Counted from the whole stretch's first letter, positions 23,336-37,900 are shown. The stretch: DNA of 62,596 bases, filler included, from Platydemus manokwari (GCA_037951405.1; 5 parts of 5 records of this genome joined end to end with filler, not necessarily neighbours in it); one strand, 5' to 3'. Program-made: numbers and translations. Notes: a model not told the origin generated them from the letters alone.

Positions 23336-24849
23336 TTTTTGTTTTTTTGTTTTATTGTTTGTTTATTTGTTTTTTTATTTAATTTTAATTTTAATTTTAA
23401 TTTTGTTTTTTATTTGCTTTTTTTATTGTTTTATTTTGGTGTCTAACATGTGTGAGCATCATTTAGAAATAAATTTTTGTAATACGAAATGTTGAATATT
23501 AATTGATAAAGTTGCTGATGATCATCATAAGATCACTGATAGTGTCAACGAGTTTAGAAGATTACAAGGTTAATTTGAGACTGTTATTGAGATATTAGAA
23601 ATTTCGAATCACTGTTTCCACATTTATTGTCTTCACACAATATAATCATGAGAGGAAGAAACTAAGTTATACACATGGGTACATTGCAATCCTGACCTTT
23701 GAAAGAAACTCACTGAGACTAATTAAGACGATAGTGATTCAAAATATGATAAAAAAAATACAATAATAATAACCAATAAAGTAAAAACGCAACAAAATTT
23801 CAAAAATTAGTCGAGTAGTGCGTTTGCAATTTTTCATTAAAATATTTAATTTTTTATTTGCATTTAACATAGGCAGATTCAAATTATTTTCTATTTCGGT
23901 GTGTTTATCCTTAGATTACAATTGATGAGATTATTAATTGATGGTGCATAAAAATAATAGTTTCCACAACTAATACCAATGATACTCTTATGTAAGCTTA
24001 TTTATATGATGTTAATTAATTCATATTTAGAAATTTAATTTCAAATATAAACTAAAATTATATTTAAATATTTATTAAAAGCGTATCTATTAACATAATT
24101 TACTATATTGGTTCAGCTAAACGGTTAAGTATTTGAATCGTTTGATTTTCAAATCATTGATAAAAAACAATTCGGCAATTACAGTTCGATTTCTTTTTTA
24201 AGTAATTTTTTCAAAATATATTTTCCAAACTTTATCTTTGCGTACTTAAGTTGCACCAAAAAATGAATGCAAAAAAGTAAAGATATTATTATTTGGAGTC
24301 CACATATTTTATTTTAAGAAGTTTAGAAGAAAGTGGTCAAAGTGTTGCATCGTACCACAAATCAAACAGATAACTAAGTCTTACAGATTACTTGAGTGCT
24401 ACAAGTTTTTTACTGAAATTAACGAATGATGAACTATCGATTGTCAGAGTGTAAAACTTTATTACAAAACAAAAGTTAATTCGCCACTCATCCAGCAGCA
24501 AATTGATTGGCTTCTTTAATTTCGCTGTTTTTAATTTTAGTCGATATAAAAGTTCCAGCAGCTGTAACACTGTGCAAGTTCGATTCGGACAAAATTTCAA
24601 TCACACCTGCTCCAGAGACTAGCCTAAAAAACAACAGCGGGAGATAAAAAAAATTCGGATAGAAGCCTCCAAGAATTATGAGAACTTTTGTGATTTTAAC
24701 TCAGAATAAAATGATTTTGGACCTATTGTTTTTTAGCCTGGTTTCCAGAACGAAATTAAATTGATTTTAAACCTTATAAAAAGTGGAAAACAGTCGACGG
24801 CAATCAAAAAATATTTATTCAAGCCCAAACAATCAGTCAAACATTCAAA

Positions 24850-27800
24850 AAATTAAGAAAGTCCAGTCACTTGGCATATGTGACAGTCCGAAAGCCCACA
24901 CCTGCTCACTATTACCTAGCTCACAACAATGGGTACTCAGGTGGTACTCAGGTTAACCAATCGAATTTGTATGCTCAAACTCGTGGAATTGGGGCATAAT
25001 ATATCCTGTCACAAAGTAAAATATCACCATGGAAATCGTATTGTTGGTGGAATTCTGATGGGAACAAACATCATGGGCCGATGACACAAGTCGAAGATCG
25101 TTTCTCAAGCCAAGTCCGTAAGAACTCAAATAATTGGACCAAAGGTCACAAAAATTCTATTTATTAACTAGCCTGGAATCCCTAAAGAGAAACCTGACTG
25201 GGTAGCTCCACGCAAAGACTTTTGTCCTAGCTCACAAAATACTCTGCTCAATTCAACAGTTGCGAACAGACTGAGAAGAACTAATTTTTCATTTTTAAAA
25301 GATTTATTTAAAAACATATTGTTGGCTTCTTCCAACAGAGATTGGAACCAATAGGGTTAGTCTGTACGAATATCAATTGTTTAACTACTGTCTCACAAAT
25401 AGAGTCCATTTCATTCATCGCCTCCAACTCGCTCAAGTCAGCAGAGCAGTTAGCGATGTTCCGCCGTATCTGGAGTCAGCACCTGCTTCGGTCAGCTAAT
25501 CCATATTTACCATCGAATTTTCTTCATTTTTTCCAGTCATTTCGTAGTTTGGAAGCCTATTAGAGGAGATTTGCCCGAGAACGAGCTAAGAAGATTATCC
25601 ATCGTGAATCAAGTAATCAGGAAGCAGATCTGGATATCAATGTCTAAGTTTTCATCCACATTTCTCACGGCAAAACTTTTAACCTGTGTAACCATGAATC
25701 AGAGCCGGACTGGATTGTCGAGATCACCGTCCACACGCGATAGACACAACTCTCAACCAATGTCCAAGTTGCTGGGAGACAATGCAGACAACCATTGCCT
25801 GATCGAAAGGGCACGGGTCGAAAGGAATGAGAGAAGTCGGATTAATACGGCCAAGGTATAACCAAGTATCTGGGACAATAAAAAGGTCAAGTCGACTACT
25901 GATTATCAAAATTTATATCCTATGAGAAAGAATCTACTTTTACGGAGAAAAATTAGCTCATAAAAAATCAATGTGCAACAACACATTGATCAAGTCAATA
26001 AAAATATAAAAATAAGGCAAGACACAAATAAAAACAGGCCAAATAACCCTGTAACCTTAACCTTATATAATACTTTTATACATCGACCTTGGACACAGCT
26101 GCAAATAATATGTACAATATATAAATATATTTACACTCAATACAGGATATGGTCACAAGGAGGGATGAACAGGTCTGATAAGACGCCCGGAGAAAGATCA
26201 ATACCCCACAGAATCAGGTTAGAGCGTAGTGAGGAAGAGAAGCAATTCAAAAGAGACCTTGCGATTCCATTTTGGACCATTTATCAGCATAGGGGAGCAT
26301 GATGGAATCATGGAGGATCTGACAGAGGTCCTTACGCTTTTTGAAGTCACAGTGCTAAGTCTTTATGCCTGTAAAGTCTACTTTAAGAAAGATTTCCTCA
26401 TTGGTAGAGTAAAAAGAGCAATCTATACCCTTGGATCTCAGATCCCGACAGGACTTCCTAACCTTAGACCACTACGTGGCCGCTGGGTGATAATTTGGAT
26501 TGATCGTACGCTCAGCCACGACAATGCCTGAGTCAAATTGTTAAAATGAAGTGGAGCGAATCTATAATTGTAGACATGTAAGAGTTCCTTAATTACAAAA
26601 GTCATGTAAATCAGGTCGGCACTGATGAAAAACCGAAAGGCAACAACTATATTCTGCACTCAATAATCATCAGCAGAAGAGACAATTTCAAGGCTCTCAA
26701 GCTTAGGCGGGGCATAGATAAACGAATTATTGAAAAACTGTAGCTTACCGACGTCAACAATGGTTTTGATGAGACTTTCTCTTCGAACCCAAGGTCGAAA
26801 TGGCAGTTAGTCGGTTCAAATGATGCGGAGAAGAGTCAAAGCATTAAGAGTGCGATTTCGAAAGTGATAGGGAATTTGAGAGTGGATGAACGTACGAAAT
26901 GTGTGAATCTTCGAGGAGGGGATGGAGCAGATGAGAGATAATACTGTCACGAAGGTACCACAAGGTAGAGTGTTTATCTGTCAAGTGGCTGACAGCAGGG
27001 TCTGAGAGATAACTACGCTGAAGTTCAATGTCCACTATATAGGTAATCCAGTTAAGAGTCCCAATGAATGAGCCAAAGAACAATTTACGCAGAAGAGAGC
27101 AGACGAAAAGGGAAGAGTTCATAAAAAGTATCAATACAATTCTAAGCCAACGCTATCGCTGAATCTGATTTGATGAAGACAGTGTCAGAGTCGGGCGCTT
27201 ATTTGGAGCGAAGAAACGCCTCGATAGCTTGGCCAGATAGTCAATCCAGTTTGAGGTCTGTAGAGGATATACTAAGATCACGACAGTCACCAGTTGGATT
27301 GTGGACCAAGCGGTGACAGTGAGTTTGAATTTCCTCATAGATCGCAGACCTGGCATTGATTGGCCACAGACGCAAGTGATGTGATAAGCATCATTGATTT
27401 TCTCGTTATGTGCCTCACAAAAGTGGGCAACAACGGCAGCAGAGGTTCGGATGTCAATTAACTGGAAGGAGAGGTCACATGCTACGCATTTGAGTTTATC
27501 TGCATCCAGGACAACAAATTTACACCAAGGAACGATTGCAGGGAAAGTACCCCTTGGAAAGTAAAAGACGGATCCGGAGAAAGCCGAATTGGAGGAGGAT
27601 CAATTTCCGGAATCAGAGACTTGGGATGGAGAAGAGTCAACCACAGTTTGGATGGTCTTGTCCATTAGACGTAAGGCGGCATCATTATTAAGCGGTGAGA
27701 AGGTGATATTATCCGTAAAAGAGATGTGTCCATTAGAGAGGTTAGCAGACAGGTTGGCAGAACTGCCATTATCCGACAAAATTACTGCATCAATATCAAT

Positions 27801-28525
27801 ATCATCAGTCGTTGTAGAAGTTGAGACAGAGAAGTCAAATGGCTCACAGATAGCCGAGAAACAATTGGAGCAGAAACAACCGAAGGCTTGGAGGAGCCGA
27901 AAGAGGTCAGGATGAGCACATAAGCTGTCCGGAATCTTCTCAGAAAGACAACTTTGGCGGAGAGAAAGGGATTTAAAGAAAGTGGCTTATGGTTAAGCAA
28001 GACATATTTGAAACAGATATCAGGTAAGGATATTACCTTCTCCGAAACACCGAGATCCTCGCAGATGGAGGAAAAATTATTATCTATAAATAACAAATGA
28101 TAAGCACTAATAAATGACTCCATACAAACTGGACATTTACAAAAATTACATTTAATTAGGTAGGAGAGGTAGGCCGGGTTAGAAGGCACCGGTTCCTGGA
28201 TGTTTACCTTATTAAAGTATTTGGATTGAGTAAGAATCCCCGTGGGGAAAAAATATTAAAAGTTTTTGAGTATTTGAGCGAGCTCTGGAGGCACGAACAC
28301 GATATCAAGGAGGCAGGCTGCTTAACTATATAATATTATCACCCTTAACGAATTTCTTGGACATTTCTCTTTGATGAGTAAAGCATGCGGGTGGAGGGCA
28401 GAGTAGAGTTTGAGCACCTTAGGGAGGCAATTCAGACAGGGGCAATTCGACAATGATTGCAAAGTCAAGAGCCTAAAGAGCGGAGTTTTATCCGTAGAGA
28501 TCTTTCAAGGATCAAAGCTCCTGCC
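24850..28525 (-). mobile_element. degenerate GC-richer element, probably the 5' part of a NeSL/R5-clade non-LTR retrotransposon (zinc fingers plus Ulp1-like protease traces)
   Basis: C2H2-like finger CVACDLSF...VVAHFCEAH then CVC (27350-27500); CPCLNC and CKCPVC motifs; Ulp1-like pieces WYLRDSII, SKGIDCSFY and GHWLRVV; many frameshifts. No RT is visible in this segment. Confidence 0.5.
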
Positions 28526-29046
28526 TGATTTTTTTTGCCTGATTATGATTGGATAACATTAAACAATGGTTCAATATGAGTAACTTATCTAATCATTATT
28601 CATGTCTCATATTTTATTTGAATAATATAAACAAGAAATATTTTAATATTTATTATAATTTTAGAGGAAAACATAAAACCGAACAATGGTTAAATTAGAT
28701 ATCATGAAAACCTCAACTGAGTAGGTGTGCTCTGCATAACATAATAAAATATCATTAATTTATAAATATTTATCAAAATATTTATGAAAATTTTAATTAA
28801 GCGCATTTATCATTTCTTAGGATACCATTTCTAATGAAATGAATGAAAAATAATAAATAGAGGATATTCTAGATTGTTATTAATTCTGAGTTATTTTAAT
28901 AGTTCGTAATTGTTTATATTATTTTAATAATTATTTTAAATAATTATTTCTATTATTATCATTAATACAATCGTTTTTTTTCGAAATAAATGTTTCAAAT
29001 AACGTGACAAGAACATTTTATTTGTTAAAACAATTCGATATATTAT

Positions 29047-29634
29047 TTAAACACATATTGTTCTCAGTTTATTCAAATAACTATCGAAAATTGACATATC
29101 CAACATTCCACCATTAGCTTTGTAAGAGAAGATTTCAGAATTATCTTCTCTATCTTGTCCAATCAATTTACAGTTTCCAATTTCAAATTTATATGTAACC
29201 TTGGCCGTTGGTAGTATTTTCTGAAGCATAACAATACCATTTGATTTGGAAATTTCTTTGTATCCATTTCTAGTTCCGATACACTGTGTTGTTCCTACTA
29301 GAGCTTCATTGTCTAAATTATATTGGATGTATTCTCTGTTACTAGTGCAACCATTGTTAATCGGCATTTTGGTACCATATGTGTACATTGTGGTTTTATT
29401 AACTATCACATAACTATCGAATTGAACGTAATGAATTAGTTTCGTTCTTTGAGAATAATCGTAATAGATCTCCTCCGAATCACTGTATTGCCATGAGGTT
29501 CGTAAATCTTTAAACTTGTAATCCATTTTTATTCCCCATTTATCGGGAAAACAACATTGTTTTTCAGAATTATAACTTGCTCCTGTTATCATTCCAACAA
29601 AACCCATTGACAACACAACCAAAAGATTCATCAT
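29047..29634 (-). CDS. ependymin-related secreted protein (EPDR family), intronless
   Basis: Signal peptide, then CCFPDKW, IYYDY....K, MYTY...C, QCI, NCKLI and D.SIFD...C at the C-terminus: the ependymin Cys/motif pattern. Confidence 0.75.
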   Translation of the reverse strand: MMNLLVVLSMGFVGMITGASYNSEKQCCFPDKWGIKMDYKFKDLRTSWQYSDSEEIYYDYSQRTKLIHYVQFDSYVIVNKTTMYTYGTKMPINNGCTSNREYIQYNLDNEALVGTTQCIGTRNGYKEISKSNGIVMLQKILPTAKVTYKFEIGNCKLIGQDREDNSEIFSYKANGGMLDMSIFDSYLNKLRTICV

Positions 29635-30699
29635 AGAAATTCAACAAATATTATTCAATTGAGAGAAAGTCGATTTTGTGATGTTCTTGTTGATGAAATG
29701 TTTAAATATTTATATTAAAATGGAACAAATCATTTGTCATAGAAGAGATTAAATTTTCTGTCAAACATCTGCTGCCTTCAATGGAAAATATTTTATGGAA
29801 ATTACAAAAAGAAACTTTTAATCAATATTATTTTTGACAGAAGATTAACTTCAATTGTTTCATTGAAAATTATAATTAATGAATTAACAAAGAAACTATT
29901 TAAAATAAATTTGAAATAAAATAAAATCATTCATTGTTCTTCAAAAGAAAATAATATCATTAAAGTTTCGTCAAACATTATTGTCAAATAATTATTTGTC
30001 TTTTAATTTAAAAGAAATTTTTGTAAATATGTTTATGCTGTTTAGTAAATCTAAATGTTTATAAAATCTGATTTTATTTAACAGTGGTTGATAAATCCTT
30101 GTGAATTTTTATAAAATGCATAAGAATTTTTATATAAATGAATAAGAAATGGAAACAAACTAAGTATAATTTATATATTTAATAATCAAGTTTTGATGAT
30201 ATAATTTATAATTCAAGTTTATCGTGGCAGAGAAAGTGTATGTATATGCAGATTCACTAACATACAACATAGATGATATTAAATGTGACACTTCACTTCT
30301 GTCTACATAGAAGCTTCTGGTTGTATAACAAAATTGTCAGTAACCGTTATAATTGTTGCTGTTAGTAATTGTCCACAACTGTACTAGCTAACGTTGAACA
30401 TTACAAAAATTTGTATTCTTCTATTCTAGCAACTACAGTTGTTGGAAGAGAACATACTAAGCTATTTATTTTATTTTATATTGTTTTTCTATCTCAATTG
30501 CAAATTTCTGAATTTAATTACTCTTTATTTCAATTTGATAAGGCCTCACAGTGAAAATGCAAACACTGCTGTCCCGGAATTCCAGATATTATAGAATATG
30601 TCAAATGAAAATAATTTTAATTGTTAACATAGGTCGTGCGAATATAATACAAATATTAATTCATAAACATTGATAATCGAGGTACCAATGCATTAAAAT

Positions 30700-32880
30700 A
30701 TGGGATGTACAGGGTTTTTTCCTTCTATTGTTCCATGAATCACAGTCCGCTAGTTCAATCAGACAATCAATTCTGTCTGCACCTTTCAGTCACTGTTGTC
30801 TGGGATATTCTCTACACCTATTTATAAAGTTGCCTTTGCTGCTGTCATCTCCCTCGTGTGTAACCTTCATTGCAGATTTAGTCGCAATTTTATTAAATTT
30901 TATGAAAACAAAATCCTTTTTGTTTATCATTTTCTTATCCATTCTTAGTTTCTTTAGGACGTATCATTAATCTGTTTTTGTCAGATTACTAGAACCTTTA
31001 CAGAAAAGGGAAACATTTCCACAGTCTCGCTGGGCTGATTTTTTATTTGAAAATTTTTCTATACTCTTTTGAGCTTGTTCGGTTATTAGCGCAGATTCGT
31101 TCATAGAGCATTTCACATCGATTCGGACATTCACAAATTTTCAATCAATTATTAGTAGAAGATCTATCTTTAGTTTTGATATCATAAATTGGCATTCTTT
31201 TTCGACAAAGACTCTGTAATCCGTATTCTTAACAAACTGTTCTGTCGTGCTGATAGAGTACAAAAGTGTGGGATGGTTTGTAGCAGGAGAAAACGTGTTG
31301 TTGCTATTCTCCTTCACATAAGCATTTTCTGTATGTCATCCCTCTCATGAACTTTTTGTCCAGAATAGTTATCCGTTTGTGCACTATGAATAAATCTTAT
31401 TTCAGTACTAGTTAAATGCCCTTTAAAAACATCTTTTGACCACGTTAAATTAAAAGGACCTGAGTAGCTGCTATAGCATTCATTTCTGATTTGATTAGTC
31501 CTGCTTAATTAGTAATATCGTATGAAATATTGTCTCAGCAATTTTGGTGTTTCTTTGATTTTCTCAGGTTCCATTAGGGCGCTCCTTTCATATTGGGAAC
31601 TATTGATTGTAAGACTTTATTGAACTTCGAGCATTATCTCACCATTTATAGGAATATATATTTTTTGGATGCATATTTAATGCTCTCGTTTATTTTACCC
31701 TAACAAGTTTTGCTTCTTTCATGTGATAGAATATGCAAATTGAATTCTAATGCTTCATCGATTATCGCAACTTGGTTATTCACTCCAGCATTTTTGGACA
31801 AGGGGTGTAGGATGTTATCCTAATCATTTATGTTTGCTAGATAATACGCCTGAGTGGTCGATTGTGTTATGCACTCCTCCGTAATATTCCGTAGTCCATA
31901 AATATTATTTTACTTCGTTGGATAGATGTAATGAGCAAAAGATAAGCCAAGAATTTTTTTCAGATGTTTTATTATGATTACGTTGAATTGTAGTAGTTTA
32001 TTATAAGTGATTTAGTAATTTCTCTTTAAGAAGGTCACTCTTATGTGAACAAACGACTCAAAGGCCCTTAGTTTCTCCAATTATAGTAAAATGCATTTTT
32101 CCAGTTTATTTATTTGAGTTTCCATGTCGATGAATTTTTCTTCAGCTGTATCATGTAACTTTAAAGAGAAGTTAACTCCTTGACAGTGCTCTTCTAGACT
32201 TATTGTAAAAATTTTCTCCTTGTAGATCATAAGTTCTTACTAGTTAGTACTTTCTCTTAGATGATGTAAGTACCAACATTTTGATTGTTCGAACTTGAAA
32301 CTAATTTGGAACCCTAGAACCAATGTTTGATTGATCGACATTTGGAGTCTATTTTTGATTTCCGCACTGATCTCTGTTATCTGTATAGTGATAGCATGGA
32401 ATTTGATGATTTGCAATTATCAGGACTCCATTTGTGCAAATGTTGGATTAATGGCTATATTGAATGAAAACACAGAGACTGGGTAGCTCTGTCGAACTTC
32501 CCTCTAAATTTTAATTAGTTTCGTTTTATAATCCCCACATTTAAGAGTAGTTTCATAGTTTTTATAGAAACATCGTATGATTCTGATGGCATTTTTAGTC
32601 AAGTCCATATGTTCAAGGATTGTGAATATCGCTTCAAAATTTAATTAAGAGAAGGCTTCTTCGATGTCTAAGAATCCAACGTAAAAGTTGTCGTTATTTT
32701 TCTTACCGTGTTTTTCTAGAATGATTCGAAAAAAGTTTTGTTTGGTACACCCGTTAATTGGACATAAGTTCCCCTCTGGAATGAATATATTAAGTTGTTT
32801 TCATCAATCCAATTCTTTAGATTTTTGCACAGAATAGTTGTGAAAATTTTATAACTGCATTGGAGTAGAGCAATCCTGAA
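30700..32880 (-). mobile_element. decayed non-LTR retrotransposon (RT plus RNase H)
   Basis: IALLQCSYKIFTTILCKNLKNWIDEN and FYVGFLDIEEAF (RT), plus NQSEMNAIAA (RNase H QTN..AEL.AI-like); many stops. Confidence 0.65.
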
Positions 32881-33364
32881 AAATATGATTACTAAATATT
32901 TAATAAACTAATACATCAAAATTAACTTTTATAAATAAAGTAAATAAGATTTTATAACACTAAAGCGATACAATTTGCTAATGTTGACGTGAGGACCCTT
33001 CAGTTTAAGGATTCAGGTGTGCCCAACTAGGTGACAGATAAAGTGATGACCTTAATAATTTTAAATCAACCACACAATTATCTCGATAATTCTAACAAAT
33101 AAATTTACTAACTATTGAATCGGTTGAATTAAAATAATTTTCGTCAGATAAATAGTTCTGGAAATTTTGTTTCGTAATATATGCCTCAGTTGAAAATATT
33201 CTTCGATGATTTCCCTTCATAGATGATTTGACAATAAGGCTTTACTTTGTAAATTATTTAACAAATTTAATAATTTGAGCAAGTGAAATACGATGCGAGC
33301 TAACTGAATTGCTTTGCACTTATATAGTGATTTTGTAGATCACAAAAGTCATATTGGTATGTAA

Positions 33365-33518
33365 ATTTTTGTTCTCTTTTAGTTGCTAATTTTAGCAACT
33401 CTTAAAGCGCCATGTCTAAATTTAGCAACATCCTACACTTATTAACTACTAATGTTGCTAAATTGACCTACACAATTTTTAGTAATAACGTAGATACTAA
33501 AAATGGATTTTTGAAATA
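33365..33518 (-). repeat. dispersed repeat, copy B (see 3091-3245)
   Basis: Reverse-complement similarity to 3091-3245. Confidence 0.8.
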
Positions 33519-34941
33519 AATTTTGTATTTAACCTTGGTTTTCGTTTCGGTTATTTTATTTATTTTAAAATAAATTTTATGTGAACAATTTTTTTGGATT
33601 TTATTTTATTTTTCTTCTAAATACTCATCATGCTTATGTCTATTTATAATTCACTGTATAGTTTCGTAATATGGAGTTGGATTTTTTAATTTTTATAATT
33701 TTATCTTTATTTAATGTCTAATATTTTTCTGACTAAAAATGTGTGTCCTACTTTACAAGTATATTGATTTCTACAACTTCATCTAATGTTTTATTTGTAA
33801 AGTGGTTGACCAGTACTTCTGCTAACGATGTCCTGATTTCAAATTTATCGTTAAAGCAGTTATCTGGAATGCGTATTAGTTGTTCCCCTTTCTTGACTTT
33901 CCATTCACATTCGAGCATCGACTTATTTACTTTTTTCTTTATTGTCTTGATGTTTATTCATGTCACTAGAAAATGATGGCTGATTTTCAGCATATATCCA
34001 AATACTTATTAATTAATTTATACTAATTTATAGTTTAATATATTACTGTAATATGTGTTTCCAAATTTAAAAAAACTAAAATAAAACAATTTAAAATTTA
34101 TTAATATAATTAACCAAAATTGTTTGTGGTAAACAATCTGAGCAATTTGAGCAACCCAACATTCATGAACACTAAGCATAAAAAATTCTGAAATAAAATA
34201 AAAACAATTTTTCAAAAATAATTATATAATTTTTAAAATTTGTTTAATCGCATCAAAATTAAAAATTTTTTTCAATGTAATAAGATAAAATTCAAACCAA
34301 ATTCTAAAAATAAAGTCATATTAGTTCTAAAAATAGAATAACCACAAATGTAACTATAAATTACCGCGTATATAACGGTAATACATGATTCTAGGCATAG
34401 AATATTTCTAAAAATAGAAATGACTCATAAAACACACACACATGACATAAATTGAAAGTGCATGAAGAGACACTAATCAATCCATGGACAATAATTTAGT
34501 CACAAATTTTCACGCACAAAAGTTATAAACAAGATTTCAAGCCCAAAATTTTTTTTAATTCTTTATTCGTTTCCAAAATGAATTGTATTTATTGTTCCAG
34601 CCAAATTATTCAGCATATATTTCATTGCCATTGTAATTTACTGTAGATCCACAGATATTTCTATCCATGTAGTCTTTTAAAATGTCTCTTGGATAAGACT
34701 AAATATTCTGGTTAATCAAATTTTTTGAATTTTATACTTACCCAAGTTATTATATAACCAATTAAATATAAAATTATTAAATATATAATTATTATTTTGA
34801 TTAATTGCTGGATTTATCAGTTCAAAACAAGGCTGAAAATTCACAACACAATTATTGAATCATATTATAAGCACAACAAAATTTCCAAATATACAATCTC
34901 ATTATTTATATACATTTATTAAACACAGTACACAAATTGGT

Positions 34942-37900
34942 TTAAATTTGATTAAAAACTCCACTGCAGCACAACATGTTTCGACGATTAAACTGCAAAT
35001 TAAGTATTGGCGTTTTCTTCGTATAGAGAATGTCAATGATGCAGTCCAATGGATGAGTTCGCTTGCCAACCATGGTGAATTCATTGGATTCCATTTTAAT
35101 ATCATCTAAAGCTCTATCAGAATCTTCCATATTCGTTTTAATAACTTTCGTATAATTCCAAATATCAACTTGACCAGCCTGGCGACCAACAGATAAAACT
35201 GCACCATCTCTACAAAATGCCAAACTGGTTACAGGACCACCTGTCATATCTTTACCACCAGTTACATTCAATGAATCCATTAAACCACTAGGAATAGCGA
35301 GATCCCAAATATTCACAGAACCGGCATCGCAACCACTGAGCAGAAATCTGCCATCGTCAGAGAATTGAAGACAATTTATAGTGCCCTGAATAATTTTTCA
35401 ATTGATCATTATCAGATTAAACTAAAAGCGCTTAATAAGGACCAAAAAGGTTTTAATTGTTTATATTTATACGAACAGGAAGCTAGCAAGAGCTGGAGTC
35501 GTGTTTTAAATAATAAATCATAAGCGATCCAATGTACCTCCTATAGATTTTCAATGTAATAAGTAATTCAAGACTGACTTTTATATACAGTTTCAATTTA
35601 ATAACTGAAAATATGACTTGGGAAATAAACTGGATACTTGATAAACGAGTTTTAATGAATTGAATCACATATGATTCATGATCAATAAACATAATACAAA
35701 TTATCTAATAATATTTTCAATCATATTTATTCAGATAATTGTTGTCGATATCACATATTTATTAATATGAAGTGCTTATTATTCGATTATTATCGATTAT
35801 ATACTAATGGATGCGGTCGTATTCAAATGTATTTTCCCATAGAATTTTGGAACAAATTACATCTTATCTATATGTTAACATCATGAATTGTTGGTTGGCA
35901 ATCAATGGTTCTAATTTAAAACAAAATCAATATTAAACACATTTTAATCAATATCAACTGATATGGCTACAATATTAACAGGAAATGGAATAATTAATAA
36001 ATATTAAATGATTTTATAATTATTATCATATATTTTGTAGAAATTTTAGACAAAATTCTCACACCTTATGTCCAGTAAATGAGCGAACCATGGTACCTGA
36101 TCTGATATCAAAAAGCCGTACAACACGATCCGTGCTACCAGATGCCAAATAATTGACATTATTATGGAATTTGACACTGGTAACTGGTCCATAACAATCG
36201 CCCACAAATCGACGTAACGGTTTCAAATTATCAGCAGCATATAGATTAACACATCGATCATTTCCACCAGTTATCAGATAATGTCCATATAAAGGAGCCA
36301 AATCAACTGACCATAACGGTTCAATACCATCTTGATATTTAGCCAGATTTGTCAATGTCATCATGCACCACAATCTCACAGTTCCATCACTCGATGCCGA
36401 AAGAATCTGATTGCGATCAGTTGACCATGCTAAATCATACACTCCACCAGCATGGCCTTTCAATTCTTTGTAGACAGAACTAGAAATTGATATCATATCC
36501 GAAATCAAATAAATATTGCACACACAAACACGCACACATACACACAATGATCACCGAAATGAAATAAATATTTCATATACATACATACACACAAAATGAT
36601 TACCCAATCATATCCGAAATCAAATAAATATTTCACACATACAAACACACACAATGATTACCCAGTCAAATTCGACATTATCCTATTGTTGATATTGGGA
36701 TCGCTGAGAATTATTTGACCCAAATCATCGGAAGATTTCAACGTTGACATATTGTCGCCATTGAGACATCTTATATGGACAATGCCCGTACTTAAACCCA
36801 TTGCTAGCATGGAACAATCTTCATTAAATAAAGCTGCTGTACCTTGTCCATTCAAATTGCCCATTGTATACATAACACTGTTCAATGGTATTCCTTCTTT
36901 CAAATATTTCTGTTTATCTATCTGATTGTTTTCCAATGGCAAAATATTATCCGTTCGACCAATATCTTCATTGAACAATCGTCTTTTTCTCCTCAGACGA
37001 GGTAATGAATTGATTTCTGTATACATTTGTTTGATATATTCACGATCTTGGGAACTGAGCTGCAGTGAAAATGATCAATGTTTTTGTTCCATTATTACAA
37101 TGATTGTCACTTGTGGTAAAGGGATTCTCGTCATTTCAGGTGATATAGCATCAATCTTTCCACTAACATTTCGATTGAAACTTGTCAATTTGGTTGGACT
37201 TTCTTTCTTAAACTTTCTCTTTTTACCGGATTCATCACCACATTCTAATAGAATATTTATTACAACAAAATTACAATCAAAAATCTCTTTAAATATTTCA
37301 ATATTAAAAAAAAATTAATTATAAAATCCTTACCATTTTGAACTTCGGCTCTTCGTTTGACAATGGCTTCTAAAAGTGGATCTTTTAAATTGCCATACAA
37401 AACTGGTTTAACATTCTTTTCCGATGTTGATTCACCAAATAAAGCGCCTCTGCGCAAATTTATTTCTCCTTGAGTTCGCGGAAGACCCTCGTAAACTGAA
37501 AAGTTATTATAAAATGACAAAAATCAAACAAATCAAATATTATTAATTAATACAATTGGAAAGAAAATATTTTTAGAAAAATTGTAAGCTCACTGTCAAC
37601 TTTTAAACGTTGATTAATCAAATTTGATAATTCCAACATTGATTTATCATCAAGAAAAAGCTTTTTAAAGTAAACATAGCTCGATCGACAGATTCGTAAA
37701 CTGAATTCATTGGAATTAAAAACTTCGAAAATTGAACTTTTCATATTTTGATCATGGGAAGAAAATTCTCGCAATGTAATCAAATCTTTGTGGTAAATTT
37801 CTTCTTGATATGGTACAAAAATTTTAAAGAAATCATTAGCTGAAAAAATGAAAAGAAAAATTTATCAATGAACAAAATTTAATAACCTTGTACAAATTGT

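Noticed and set aside
23196-23495. Phe/Leu/Ile-rich 99-aa membrane-like ORF
   Set aside because: Product of T-rich low-complexity or NUMT-like sequence, not a credible nuclear gene.
36059-36547. N-terminal MCVCVRVCVC of this ORF
   Set aside because: Translation of intronic (GT)n sequence; the real TAF5 exon starts at 36479.
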